Shown here: positions 1-11,875 of the stretch, piece by piece
Numbering within the stretch: position 1 is the stretch's first letter
Layout of the letters: each line of letters begins with the position of its first letter
NCBI GenBank assembly: GCA_951406725.2
Contig: OX597819.1
Span: 89,032,001 to 89,096,000 of the forward strand
Length of the DNA: 64,000 nt
DNA from: Octopus vulgaris
Taxonomy: Eukaryota
Reading direction: 5' to 3'
The notes under the pieces: model-generated
The model's database searches: none
Seen by the model: only the letters and a program-made list of their open reading frames with translations
What the model was told of the DNA's origin: nothing
Translations under genes and position numbers: made by a program

Positions 1-188
1 CTTCAAAGTAGTACTCTAGCATGGCCAATGTCCAATGATTGAAACAAGTAAAAGATAAGGGGGGGGGGTAAACAAGTACAAGCCTCAGTTGACCTGTGGT
101 TGTTGTTTAACCTCAGGTCAGCGCTTATTGATCAGACTTATGATCAAAGGCATTCCAGCTGTGAACATGACATCTTTTTTAAGAACTA

Positions 189-417
189 TACAGGGGGTTG
201 GGGGTGCTGAAAAGTTCCTGGCTTTTGATAAAAAAAAAATACAGAGGGATCAGTTAATTATGATTTTATTGAGCATATTCCCCTCTTAGATTCATACACT
301 TATTGCAGTAGTCCTTTAACTTTTCTAAGCCCCATAAAAGAACTCAGAAGGTTGGGCTTCCAACCAGGCCTTTCACAATACCCTCAAAGGCAGGAACTTT
401 TCAGCACCTACCTCCTA
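189..417. mobile_element. mariner-type MITE
   Basis: TIR GGTGCTGAAAAGTTCCTGGCTTT (~203-225) versus AAAGGCAGGAACTTTTCAGCACC (386-408), 1 mismatch; TA-flanked, no ORF. Confidence 0.75.
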
Positions 418-441
418 GCATGCTATGAAAGCAAACCAAAC

Positions 442-600
442 TATGAGGGGGTACTTGAAAAGTTCCTGGCTTTGGGTAAAAGAAAATACAGGAGGATCAG
501 TTAATTATGATTTTATTGAACATATTCTCCTCTCAGATTCACACACATATTGCAGTGGTCCTTCAGTTTTTCTAATTCCTGTAAAAGGAAGTCAGAAGGG
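442..600. mobile_element. second, 3'-truncated copy of the same MITE
   Basis: TATGAGGGGGTACTTGAAAAGTTCCTGGCTTT followed by sequence colinear with 201-350. Confidence 0.7.
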
Positions 601-776
601 AAATTAGGACCATATTATCTATCAAACATATCCTAAGATGCAGTTAAGGCATGATCTGAAGCAGATCAAGTCAGGCTACCACCAAAGTAGGTTAAGTGAC
701 TACAAAAAGGGCCCCTAAGTAGAGATCACTTTTAGGAGAAGAATTTATTTGTTTATGTTCCATGTTTGGGCCTTAC

Positions 777-943
777 ATAAACTGCTTCCAGTTTTGCTAT
801 TGCAAAGTTTTTAACAGATGGGTAATCTTTGTGACGCCAAACTTTCTGGTGATGAAAGTTCTCCTCAACACCATTATCATCACCATCATCCTCATTTCGA
901 TGCAGGTGAAGAAGAATGTTTTAGTCTTTTTTTTTTTTTTCAA
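777..943 (-). other. candidate spliced exon (probably non-coding/5'UTR)
   Basis: minus strand ctctcttttatcAG acceptor at 944-945 and GTAAGG donor at 776; unique sequence; no frame is open end to end. Confidence 0.4.
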
Positions 944-1090
944 CTGATAAAAGAGAGATTAGATAGATGCTCACAGCATCTGGTTTGATAAATTATAACT
1001 CGGATTTCTTTGAGTCACATATCTATATAATTCAAATAAATACCATGTGGTTGAGAGGCAAACTTCTTATGCACGGCAATGCCTATATAT

Positions 1091-1341
1091 ATATTGATAG
1101 AAATGGTAAGACAACAAAAGAATGAAAGAGACCTCGATATTATGTAAATAGAGGAATTTATCAGTAAATGTAATATGTGACAATTATTCAGTAGCCATAA
1201 TAAATCCCTGACACCCGAAACTCAGAGTTTTATCATGGCTACCGAATAATTGTCACACATTACATTTACAGATAAATTCCTCTATTTACATAATACCAAT
1301 GTCTCTTTCATTCTTTTGTTGTCTTACCATTTTTATCAATA
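1091..1341. mobile_element. fold-back (palindromic) mini-element, Penelope-like derivative
   Basis: ~113-bp inverted arms (1091-1204 / 1228-1341) with a short spacer; GAAAC-tcaga-GTT half-hammerhead at the centre; TA-microsatellite flanks; partial arm recurs at ~10785-10850. Confidence 0.75.
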
Positions 1342-1420
1342 TATATATGTGTGTATATATATATGTATGTGTGTATATATTTATGTATGTGTATATATTT
1401 ATATATATATATATATATAT

Positions 1421-2302
1421 ATAGGGTCATCACATAAGTAATGCAGCTTTTTCAATTGCATGAACCAAAAGTCGGATAAACTAGCTGCATCAACCTGCTA
1501 TAAAAGCAGGTAGTAATTTTACCATGTCCTTATTCTTAGTGCAAGTTTTGAAGAGTGCAGTGCAATTTTAACAGTTATTTTTCAAAGCTATAATGGAAGT
1601 GACAAAGGAGTATATTCAGCATATTTTGCTTTATGAGTTCAATAGAGGCAGCAATGCAACAGAAAGTACAAGGAATATTAATGCAGTATATGGAGATCTG
1701 ACAATAAGCAGTTCCAGAAAATCCGACCTGGAAACTACAGCCTAGAAGACGAGCCTTGTCCTGGAAGATCTGTGGAGCTCAATGAGGACTTCCTGCAAAC
1801 CCTGGTGGAACAAAATCCCATTGTAACTGTTGAGAAACTAGCAGAAAAGCTTGGATTTGGTCATTCAACTAGTCATTCAAGTCAGCACCAGAAGAAAAAT
1901 GACCATCTTTGGTTTCAAGACAAAAGATGTTCTATCAGGATAATGCTCAGCCACATACAGCAAGGATGACATACCAAAGGCTGAAGCAGTTTGAATGGGA
2001 AACGATGCTCCACCCATCATATTCGCCAGACATTGCCCTATCTGATTATCATTTATTCCACAGTTTTCAAAATCATTTGGATGGAAAAAATATGGATTCT
2101 GTAGACAAGGTCAGAATAGTATTTTTTTGTCTCGGACAGGGGAATTTTGGAAGAGGGCCCTTGCAGGTCTACCAGATATATGGAAGAACATTGTAGAAAA
2201 TGAAGGAGAGTATATTTTAGATTAAAAAAAGAACTTTGTTTATCTTAATTTTGAAAAATGAAAGAAGTATAAAAAAAACATTATTTATGTGATGACCCAA
2301 TA
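1421..2302 (+). mobile_element. internally deleted mariner (Tc1/mariner) transposon
   Basis: TIRs GGGTCATCACATAAGTAATG / CATTATTTATGTGATGACCC with TA ends; about 880 bp. Confidence 0.9.
1593..2196 (+). pseudogene. mariner transposase pseudogene (frameshifted, centre deleted)
   Basis: MEVTKEYIQHILLYEFNRGSNATESTRNINAVYGD N-terminus; HTH-like LVEQNPIVTVEKLAEKLG; catalytic motifs QDNAQPH and HPSYSPDIALSDYHLF, in different frames. Confidence 0.9.
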
Positions 2303-2311
2303 TATGTAGTC

Positions 2312-2534
2312 TTTTAGTCTTTTACTTATTTCAGTCATCTGACTGTGGACATGTTGAAGCACTGCCTTTAGTTGAACAAATCAACTCCAGGATTTATTTT
2401 TTGTAAGTCTAGTACTTATTCTATCAGTCTCTTTTGCCAAACTGCTAAGTTACGAAGATGTAAACATACCAACATTGGTTGTCAAACGATGGTGGAGAGA
2501 CAAACACAGGCACACAAATACATACATGTGTGTA

Positions 2535-2594
<60 letters not shown>

Positions 2595-2604
2595 TACATG
2601 TATG

Positions 2605-2635
<31 letters not shown>

Positions 2636-2790
2636 GAAGGGCTTCTTTCAGTTTCCATCTACCAAATTCACTCACAAGGCTTTGGTCGGCCTGAGGTTAT
2701 AGTAGAATACATCTGCCCAAGGTGCTAGACAGTGGGACTCAACCTGGAACTATGTAGTCAAGAAGCAAGCTTCTTACCACACAGCCACCT
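2312..2790 (-). mobile_element. tRNA-derived SINE family A (internal microsatellite)
   Basis: head GTGGCTGTGTGGTAAGAAGCTTGC..., body ...CTGAAAGAAGCCC, (TA/CA)n, tail CAGTCAGATGACTGAAATAAGTAAAAGA. Confidence 0.85.
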
Positions 2791-2940
2791 CTATATATAT
2801 AATCCATTTTGGGAATTTATGGATTTTTCAACAATCATCTGAGAGTTACTCTCTATATATTTAAAATATATGAAACACTTTGCTACTTTATATGTATAAA
2901 AGTTAAAAGCTTACTAAGGTATTTTGGTATAACTGTATAA

Positions 2941-3295
2941 GTGAGCCCCACTCATGACTTTGCTCCCTCATAACTTTCAGGGAAATGGTTATTTTTTAAT
3001 GAAATTTTCAACAGATACCTTTCAGGTGATATACATTCCGATTACATCAGAAATTAAATTAAAAACAAAAAAGAAAAGTAATTGGTGGACACAAACTTAT
3101 ACATATTGACACACATCACACAATTTTTTCAAAGAATGCATGTGTGGCCATGAATTTCTTTCTCTATTTTTCACATTAAATTCTGATGTGATTGAAATCT
3201 GTACCATTGGAAAGGTATTTGTAGTAAACTTCAATTAAAAAAATACCTATTTTCTGAAAGTTATGAGGAAACAAAATTCAGGTAAGCACATTCAC
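2941..3295. mobile_element. old MITE / fold-back with ~120-bp imperfect inverted arms
   Basis: CCTCATAACTTTCAG...ATTACATCAGAAATTAA versus TTAAATTCTGATGTGAT...CTGAAAGTTATGAGG. Confidence 0.65.
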
Positions 3296-4042
3296 ATGAG
3301 TGCGTCAGTATTTATTGATTGTAATGACATATCAATTAAATTTTATAGATTAATTAAAATTCCTGGTTTTGTTGGAGAAATTAAAAAAAAAAAAACTCGA
3401 GATAATTAACGAAACACTCAAAGAAAAAGGGAGATAATTTCAAGAAATTAAGAATTAATTTCACAAAATTAATTTACAAATTTACCCTTTCTTTGTAAAT
3501 AAACAGATAACTTAACTAATCAAGAACCTATCTATAACTTACGATCTTTACTATAATAAATTGATCGAAATAACGGTTTATTTTTCAAAGACAAAGAGAA
3601 AATTTGCCATTAAAAACGAACGTTTAGCGTTTATCATATAATTTTACGTGTGCATAAGTTTTTAGTGTGTTCACGCATTTGTGATTGTGCAAAATTCTAT
3701 GAAAAATATATTCGGCGAGCCCATCGCAAATATTCATTCATCTTTTTTTATTTTTCATGAAAGAAACAAAAAAAAATTATATACGTTAAAAAAAAATAAT
3801 AGCATTTTTAATGGATTCATCAAAATCTGTTTTAAACCAAGAGAAATTAACTGCAGCAGAAATAACAAGAATAGTAACAACAAGATGACAAGAAATAAAT
3901 ACTTTAAAAATTTCGTGCATTAAATAGAAATTTGGAACGCGTCTGTGGAACGACTATAAAACTGACACAAAAATAATTTCTCTAAATATCAACACTGTTT
4001 AAAATTCTATTATCAACTCTAACCCCCAAAGTAATAAAAGTA

Positions 4043-4080
4043 GTGTGTGTGTGTGTGTGTGTGTGTGTGCTTGTGTGTGC

Positions 4081-4175
<95 letters not shown>

Positions 4176-4235
4176 CGTGTGTGTCCGCGCGTGAGTGAGT
4201 GTGTTTGGTGTGTGTGTGTGTGTGTAATGTGTGTG
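4043..4235. repeat. (GT)n microsatellite
   Basis: direct reading. Confidence 0.95.
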
Positions 4236-4874
4236 ACAGAGAGACAAAGAAAGAATGAACGAATGAATGAGAGCGGAGAAATTAACGAAGAGATATTAAC
4301 GAAAGAGATAGAAAATGAGAGGGGGGGGGACGACGACGAATGAAAGAGAACTTGAGAAACAACAAAAAAAAAGCAAAAACAAAAGTACGGAGAAAACACG
4401 AAAGCTAGGTAGTTATCTGCAATCGGCATCACATCATAACAGTATTAAGTGCAATCTTTTAAAGATACCATCGGGGTAATCTCATCAAAGATATCCAGTA
4501 TCAGAATAAACACGCCAAGACGAGCATTAATAACTAAATATCATCCACACATACACAGTCATTATCCAAACGAGTTAAATTTACGATTATAGCAATAACG
4601 GGGGAGTGGGTGATGAGATAAAGAGATAGCCAGAGAAAGAGAGAGAGAATAAAAGAATCAGAGAGAAATATGGACACCAAATCAGTCAATTAATAATCAA
4701 TAAATCGTGTATGAATCTAAAAGATAAACTTGTGACTAATACAAGTAAATGTGCGAAGAAATAAATTAAATTGGTGAATACATACATAACCAGATAACAA
4801 GAAAGATTGTTTCTAGTTGTGTATATATAATATACATACATGATGTATGTGCGTGCATGAATGCACACAATACA

Positions 4875-5392
<518 letters not shown>

Positions 5393-5711
5393 TTAGTTCA
5401 TAAGGTAAAGGCGGCGTGAAATTTATTAGATACGCACCGTTGCAATAAAAACAGAGTAGCCATCAGGATAATAAACCTGATAATAAAATAAATAACAGTT
5501 CTTCGAGCCAATGAGGTGGTGTGAACGAAGTTTGAGGATCAGTGCGAAAATGCTCGTTTTAATGGGCGAATGTGTAGTTGAGCACGTACGCACAAGATAC
5601 AAAGAGATGGAATCAGCTTTTGCGTGCTCTCATGGTTGTTTTTGTTAACAGAAACCACGGGCAGCCCTCGAACGAACTGGTGAAAAGCAGCGTTCCAGCT
5701 GTTGAGTTTCT

Positions 5712-6010
5712 TCTTTTAACTTGCTTCCTTGTTTCAGTCATAGGATTGCGGCCGTGCTGGGGCACCGCCATGAAAGGGTAAGTTGAACAAATCAACCGTA
5801 GTATTTATTTTTTAAAAATCCTGTTACTTATTTTGTTGGTCTCCTTTTTCCCGAAATCCTAATTTACAGGGACGTAAGCAAACAAACATCGGCTGTCAAG
5901 CGGTTGTGTGGCACAACCACACACATACACACACACACATGATAGGCTTCTTTCAGTTCCCGTCAACCCACATGGTTGGGAAGCAAGCTTCTTAACCCCA
6001 CAGCCACGCC
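5712..6010 (-). mobile_element. SINE family A, internally deleted
   Basis: tail and head motifs as at 2312-2790. Confidence 0.75.
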
Positions 6011-6014
6011 CTAA

Positions 6015-6247
6015 GGCGGCGAGCTGGCAGAAACGTTAGCACGCCGGACGAAATGCGTAGCCGTATTTCGTCTGCCGTTACGTTCTGAGTTCAAATTCCG
6101 CCGAGGTTGACTTTGCCTTTCATCCTTTCCGGGTCGATTAAATAAGTACCAGTTATGCACTGGGGTCGATATAATCGACTTAATCCGTTTGCCTGTCTTT
6201 GTTTGTCCTCTCTGTGTTTGGCCCCTTGTGGGTAGTAAAGAAATAGG
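6015..6247 (+). mobile_element. tRNA-derived SINE family B, young copy
   Basis: GGCGGCGAGCTGGCAGAAACGTTAGC A-box, GAGTTCAAATTCC B-box, central GACTTTGCCTTTCATCCTTTCCGGGTCGATTAAATAAGTACCAG; recurs at ~7450-7625(-), 35438-35650(-) and 45920-46595(+). Confidence 0.85.
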
Positions 6248-6903
6248 TAAGATGTTATTAAAGAGAGATTTAGCTGCTATTTCTAGCACGTCAAGATACT
6301 ATTTATGGTTTCTCTTCATAAGCTAAGAGCGGAATCGTAAATGAAGTGCACGCTGGGGGAGGGGAGGTGAAAGAATGAGAGAGTTGACGAACTGATGAGC
6401 GAAAACTTGACCGTAGACGAAAGAGAGAGTAAACGATAGACACTGAAAAAGTTGACTAAATGAGTGTGTGAAGAAGTGTGCCGATTCTAAATACAATGAA
6501 AGCAATGCTACAGCTCTATTGTCAACCTTTTCGCGACAATAATTCTAATAATGAACAACACAATATATGTAATTTCAATTGATTTTAAAGATTAAAAAAA
6601 TAATCAAGAATTTAGAAGACGTTTAGAGGAACGACTATTTTTCTTATTAATTATGTTTAGCTGGTGTTTAAATCGTAATTGTAAAGACTCTGACAGTTAT
6701 TTATGACGAAACGTTTTCATTTTTCTATTTTTAATCAAAGAACTGAAGGTAATAAAAGCGAATTGGATATAATCAACCTTGCAATTTTATAAGACCATAA
6801 GCCACAAGCTGAGCCGGTCTCACAGCCCGGATAGTGAAAATGAATTATAGGTTGCGATTATGATAAAATAGTCGACCATTTTACTTAGTTCAATGTCCTG
6901 TCA

Positions 6904-7412
6904 TCTATATATATAAAACTGTAGTTGTGTGAGTGTCTGTCTCCTACGATTTAGATTCCTAACTCCTCCCACATTTTGCGGTGCAGTTTAACCAAATTCG
7001 GGTATCTTATAGTCGTGATTCATATCGAGCCCGTCTGAGTATTAGCGCGCGTCTAGATGAGTCTACGATTTTAAAAATAATTTAACATTTTTTATTCCAT
7101 TTTAATGCATAATTTTTCGTGTGTCGATGGCGGCGGAGTTGGCGTCCATGGTCACACCTGCACCTGTTTGCTTCTCCCCCTTCTTCCCTCCCTCGTGAAG
7201 CTGTGGGGAAGGGAGTGTAAGGAAATCAACGTCGTAAAGCGTTGTCAAGGAGACCAGCGTTCTTTTAGAACAACGACTTCATGGCTTGAAGACATCAAAA
7301 CAGAAATGGCTAAGAAAGCCCGAATTGGCATCTATAAGGGAAGTAACTTTCTAAAAATGCTTATATAGTTATTTCCCTTACAAACCCGAGCAACGCCGGG
7401 CGATACTGCTAG
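6904..7412 (+). mobile_element. non-autonomous Helitron (5' type A)
   Basis: A|TC start, subterminal hairpin CCCGAGCAACGCCGGG, CTAG|T end, no TSD. Confidence 0.85.
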
Positions 7413-8690
7413 TTTATTACAATTCCATTCACGTTTACAATCCTTTCTCCAATAGGCACAAGGCCTGAAATTTTGGAACTTGACTTGTACTTATTTCATC
7501 GACTCCGAAAGGAATGATAAGCAAAGTTGACCTCGATGGAATTTGAAGTCACAGAATGGAATGATGGAACACAAAATGCCGCTTAGCATTTTTGTCCGGC
7601 GTGTTTAAGGATTCTGCCAGTTCTCCGTTCAGAATGCATGATAGGAATATAAATCTACTTCAATACTCGTATTTGAATTGAATTTTATCGACCTCGAACA
7701 ATGTAAGGCAACATTGACCTCGGCATGATTTGAATTCAAAACGTAAAATCGTTATAAACTGAAGTCGGTCCGGATTGCAAACACTTAATGATCAAAGCTA
7801 CTCTAACCACGACCATCCAATGAATTTAGGGGTTATCAATGGATCTTCTTCAATTTCTTCCAACCACTTGAAATATTTAAAATTTTCATCAGATTATTTT
7901 CAAAAACATTTAGTCTTGCATGCTGATGATGAAAGTTGCATTCTTTATTTTTTCCTTTCTTTTCTAGAAATTAATAATAAAAATGTAGAATATGTAAAAA
8001 ACAAAATTGGTGAAAATTTGAAATACTTGAAGTAGTTGGAAGAGACTTAACAAGATTCGTATCAAGGACTACATTATTAATATCGCGTTCGGTCAATTCT
8101 TTCGGTAATTAAGTCTCAACAGATATGCAGATTTTCGCATCTAAATATGTGAAACGAATCAAAACTTTTCTCCAATGTTTGCTGGAACATTTAAAATACT
8201 ATCTTCTTTGCTTGTCTTCTCTTATTTGTTTAAGCCATTGGACTGTGGCCATACTGGGACACTGCCTTAAAGGTTTTTAGTCGAACAAATTGACCTAAAT
8301 ATTCAATTTTTTGAAGTCCGCTACGTATTCCATCAGACCCTTTGGTCGAACTGCTATGTTGCACGGTAGTCAAGTGGAGATGAGGGGCAAACTTACGCAC
8401 ACGCACGCATATTCTTTTATTGTTTTACTTGTTTCAGTCATTTTACTGCGGCCATGCTTGAACAACGCATTAAAAAATTTATTTTAGTTGTAGAAATCGA
8501 CCCCAGGACTTATTCTTTATAAGACTAGTACTAATTCTATCGGTTGCCAAGCGATGGTGGGGGAACAAACACAAAGTCACACACATATATATAACTACCA
8601 TCAGTGTATTATATACCTGGAAGAGAAGCACACTCTAAAGCATAGAGCAGTAATATATTTTATATGCAGTTAAGTCTATGTCTGGTTATA

Positions 8691-8752
8691 GAGTGACCAA
8701 TGGTTTCGCATCCATAAAGAGCTTGGCCCAACGGACGTCTCGTCAGACCTCG
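8691..8752 (-). ncRNA. type I minimal hammerhead ribozyme motif (Penelope-type)
   Basis: minus strand: gaggt-CTGACGA-g(a)cgtccgt...atggatgc-GAAA-ccattgGTC^actc; stem II pairs; near-palindromic stem III (ACCATTGGT); GUC site; short stem I. Confidence 0.65.
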
Positions 8753-8771
8753 ACGTCAAATATAACGTCAG

Positions 8772-8812
<41 letters not shown>

Positions 8813-8815
<3 letters not shown>

Positions 8816-9081
8816 TATTATAAAAGGCAGATTTTATCTGCCTCCCTTTGGGAGTTATACAAATCTACAATATAGGATTTCTTCAATTACAATTTACCTA
8901 GCAATTTTAAGAGTACAATGCATCGCGTCATGCCAGGTCCAGTTTTTAAAATTTAAACTCCAATTAAGCAAAACCCTTTGTGGTTAGCCATATTGAGATG
9001 GCTATTATACTTTACATCTCTAAAAATGCTTATATAATTATTTCCCTTACAAACCCGAGCAACGCCGGGCGATACTGCTAG
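8813..9081 (+). mobile_element. non-autonomous Helitron (5' type B), short unit
   Basis: A|TCTTATTATAAAAGGCAG start; same hairpin and CTAG 3' end as 6904-7412. Confidence 0.85.
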
Positions 9082-9580
9082 TCTTATTATAAAAGGCAGA
9101 TTTTATCTGCCTCCCTTTGGGAGTTATACAAATCTACAATATAGGATTTCTTCAATTACAATTTACCTTGCATTTTTAAGAGTACAATGCATCGCGTCAT
9201 GCCAGGTCCAGTTTTTAAAATTTAAACTCCAGTTAAGCAAAATTTACAGAAAACTCACATTCTGGTGTGTGTGTCAAATGCTTTTCTTAGTCTGGTTTAC
9301 AGCACACGCAAACGCACACACACAGTGGGCAACGAATAAAATGAAAGTAATTCACTTACTGTAGTGAGTGATTCTTTCACTCTGCCTCCCACTTCCTCTT
9401 TCCACAGAGACACGCAAATATATAAATAAAATTGTAAGCTAACGTGCGTGTGTGTGAGTGGGTGTGTGTGGGTGTGCGCGTGTGTGTGTGTGTGTGAGGG
9501 TGCGTGTGTATGTGTGTGTGTGCGCGTGAGTGTGTGACAGGAAAGTTTTTTTACGACGAATATAACACCTATATCCAAGT
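9082..9580 (+). mobile_element. second type-B Helitron joined head-to-tail; 3' end not local
   Basis: CTAG|TCTTATTATAAAAGG junction; first ~160 bp nearly identical to 8813-8972. Confidence 0.75.
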
Positions 9581-9587
9581 AGCAGAA

Positions 9588-10068
9588 AGATAAGACAGTA
9601 AGGTGTGATTTGAGGGAGATTTGGCTGCTATTTCTACCATGTCTAGCTGCCATGTAGGGGTCTCCCTCATAGGCTCATACATACATATATACATAGATAA
9701 GACAGTAAGGTGTGATTTGGGGGAAATTTGGCTGCTATTTCTACCAGGTCTAGCTGCCATGTAGGAGTCTCCCTCATAGGCTCATACATACATATATACA
9801 TAGATAAGACAGTAAGGTGTGATTTGGGGGAAATTTGGCTGCTATTTCTACCAGGTCTAGCTGCCATGTAGGGGTCTCCCTCATAGGCTCATACATACAT
9901 ATATACATAGATAAGACAGTAAGGTGTGATTTGGGGGAAATTTGGCTGCTATTTCTACCAGGTCTAGCTACCATGTAGAGGTCCCCCTCATTGGCTCATA
10001 TATATATACATACATAAGACAGTAAGGTGTGATTTGAGGGAGATTTGGCTGCTGTTTCTACCAGGTCT
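9588..10068 (+). repeat. 107-bp tandem minisatellite, ~4.5 copies
   Basis: unit AGATAAGACAGTAAGGTGTGATTTG...CATAC starting at 9588, 9695, 9802, 9909 and ~10014. Confidence 0.95.
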
Positions 10069-10419
10069 GTTAGGCCTTCTCATGTAAACTCAAGCTTTCT
10101 CATGCCTTCAACATATGACCAAAGCAGAGAATGTATTCTTTTATTCTTCTGCTTTTTCCAGCCATTGGTCTGTGGCCATGCTGGGGCAATGCCTTGAAGA
10201 ATTGTAGTTTAATGAATCAACTCCAGTTTTATTTTTGTAAGCATTGTACTTATTCTATCTGTTTCCTTTGTCAAACCACTAGATGACAGGGATGTAAACA
10301 AACCAACATTCGTTGTCAAGCAGTGGTGGAGGACAATCACAAGCACAGACACGCACACACACACACATACATGCATACACATATACACACATACATACAT
10401 ACATACATATATATATATA

Positions 10420-10680
10420 TTGCAGCGTGGAAGGTGTTTGTAAGCCATTTAAGAAACATACAAAAACCGTTACATTCACTTCAACATTTAAATTTAATTT
10501 GCCAAAATATTTTCGTCGCTTTCAGACCGCGACCTGTTCACTGACAAAAATATCGTGCTAACAGGTCGCGGTCTCAAAGCGACGAAAATATTTTCACAAA
10601 TTAAATTTAAATGTTGAAGTGAATCTAACGGTTTTTGTGTGTTTCTTAAATGGCTAACAAAAACACCTTCAACGCTGCAA
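10420..10680. mobile_element. fold-back mini-element with hammerhead variant
   Basis: ~120-bp arms 10420-10538 / 10560-10680 with a 21-nt spacer. Confidence 0.85.
10497..10549 (-). ncRNA. minimal type I hammerhead fold with G3:C8 core swap
   Basis: tttgtca-GTGAACA-g-gtcgc(ggtctgaaa)gcgac-GAA-AATATT-T^tggcaaa; stem I 7 bp, stem II 5 bp, palindromic stem III. Confidence 0.55.
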
Positions 10681-10756
10681 CTGTTTTCGTTCCAGCACAC
10701 GATCTCAGATCAAGTCACTTGCTATGCAAGTACATCTCTGTAACTATATATATATT

Positions 10757-10787
<31 letters not shown>

Positions 10788-10850
10788 TGGTAAAAACAGT
10801 AAGATAACAAAAGAAAGAAAGAGACCTCAATATTATGTAAATAGAGGAAA

Positions 10851-11244
10851 TCTTTATATATAAAAGTGAGGTTGTGTGTCTGTCTCCTACGATTTAGATT
10901 CCTAACTACTCCCACATTTTGCGGTGCAGTTTAACCAAAACCGGGTATCTTATAGTCGTGATTCATATCGAGACCGTCTGGGTATTAGCGCGCGTCTACG
11001 ATGAGTCTACGATTTTAAAAAAAATTTACCATCAATTTTTCCCATTTTTAATCCATTTTTGACATATTTAAGGAAAGTAACTCTCTAAAATTTATTATTA
11101 AATCTCAGAACGTAAAAAGCTACAGTAACACCCCTCCCCCTTTGTGGTTAGCCATATTGAGATGGCTATTATACTTTACATCTCTAAAAATGCTTATATA
11201 ATTATTTCTCTTACAAACCCGAGCAACGCCGGGCGATACTGCTA

Positions 11245-11245
<1 letters not shown>
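10851..11245 (+). mobile_element. non-autonomous Helitron (type A 5' end, 3' region shared with type B)
   Basis: A|TC start; 5' ~190 bp match 6904-7100; 3' ~110 bp match 8975-9081; hairpin plus CTAG|T. Confidence 0.85.
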
Positions 11246-11290
<45 letters not shown>

Positions 11291-11291
11291 T

Positions 11292-11457
11292 CGACGGGCT
11301 TCTTTCAGTTTCCGTCTACCAAATCCACTAACAAGTTCTTTTCGCCGGCCCGAGGCTATCGTAAAAGACACTTGCCCAAGGCATCACGCAGTGGGACTGA
11401 ACTCGAAACTATGTGGTTGGGAAGTTAGCTTCTTAGCACACAGCCACGTGTGTGTGC

Positions 11458-11499
<42 letters not shown>

Positions 11500-11640
11500 C
11501 GGGCTTCTTTCAGTCAGTCCACAAGACTTTGGTGGGTTCAGGGCTATAGTAGAAGACACTTGCCCAAGGTGCAGAGCAGTAGTGCTGAACCCAAGACTAC
11601 ATGGTTGGGAAGCAAGCTTCTAAACCACAAAGCTACGTGT
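11292..11640 (-). mobile_element. two tandem 5' halves of SINE A
   Basis: two head regions separated by (TA)n. Confidence 0.75.
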
Positions 11641-11844
11641 ACGAATACTTTTTCTCCCTTCGTCATAGAATTGTATCCAATTATCTGTTTAATGTTCCAT
11701 GCATTTAATATGGTAACACTAACCTATCTATTATTTTTATTCATGGGGATGGCATATCCGAGAAATTCCAGTAATTTATCGTCTACCAAAATGTTTGTAA
11801 CAAGGTGGAAATAAGGATGTAAAACACATCCCCATACGCATATA

Positions 11845-11875
<31 letters not shown>

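Noticed and set aside
6392-6431. CTGATGA...GAAA hammerhead candidate
   Set aside because: No credible stem I, II or III pairing
9588-10068. CRISPR-like periodicity (also 37010-37366)
   Set aside because: Whole units repeat with no unique spacers, no cas genes, and the context is eukaryotic
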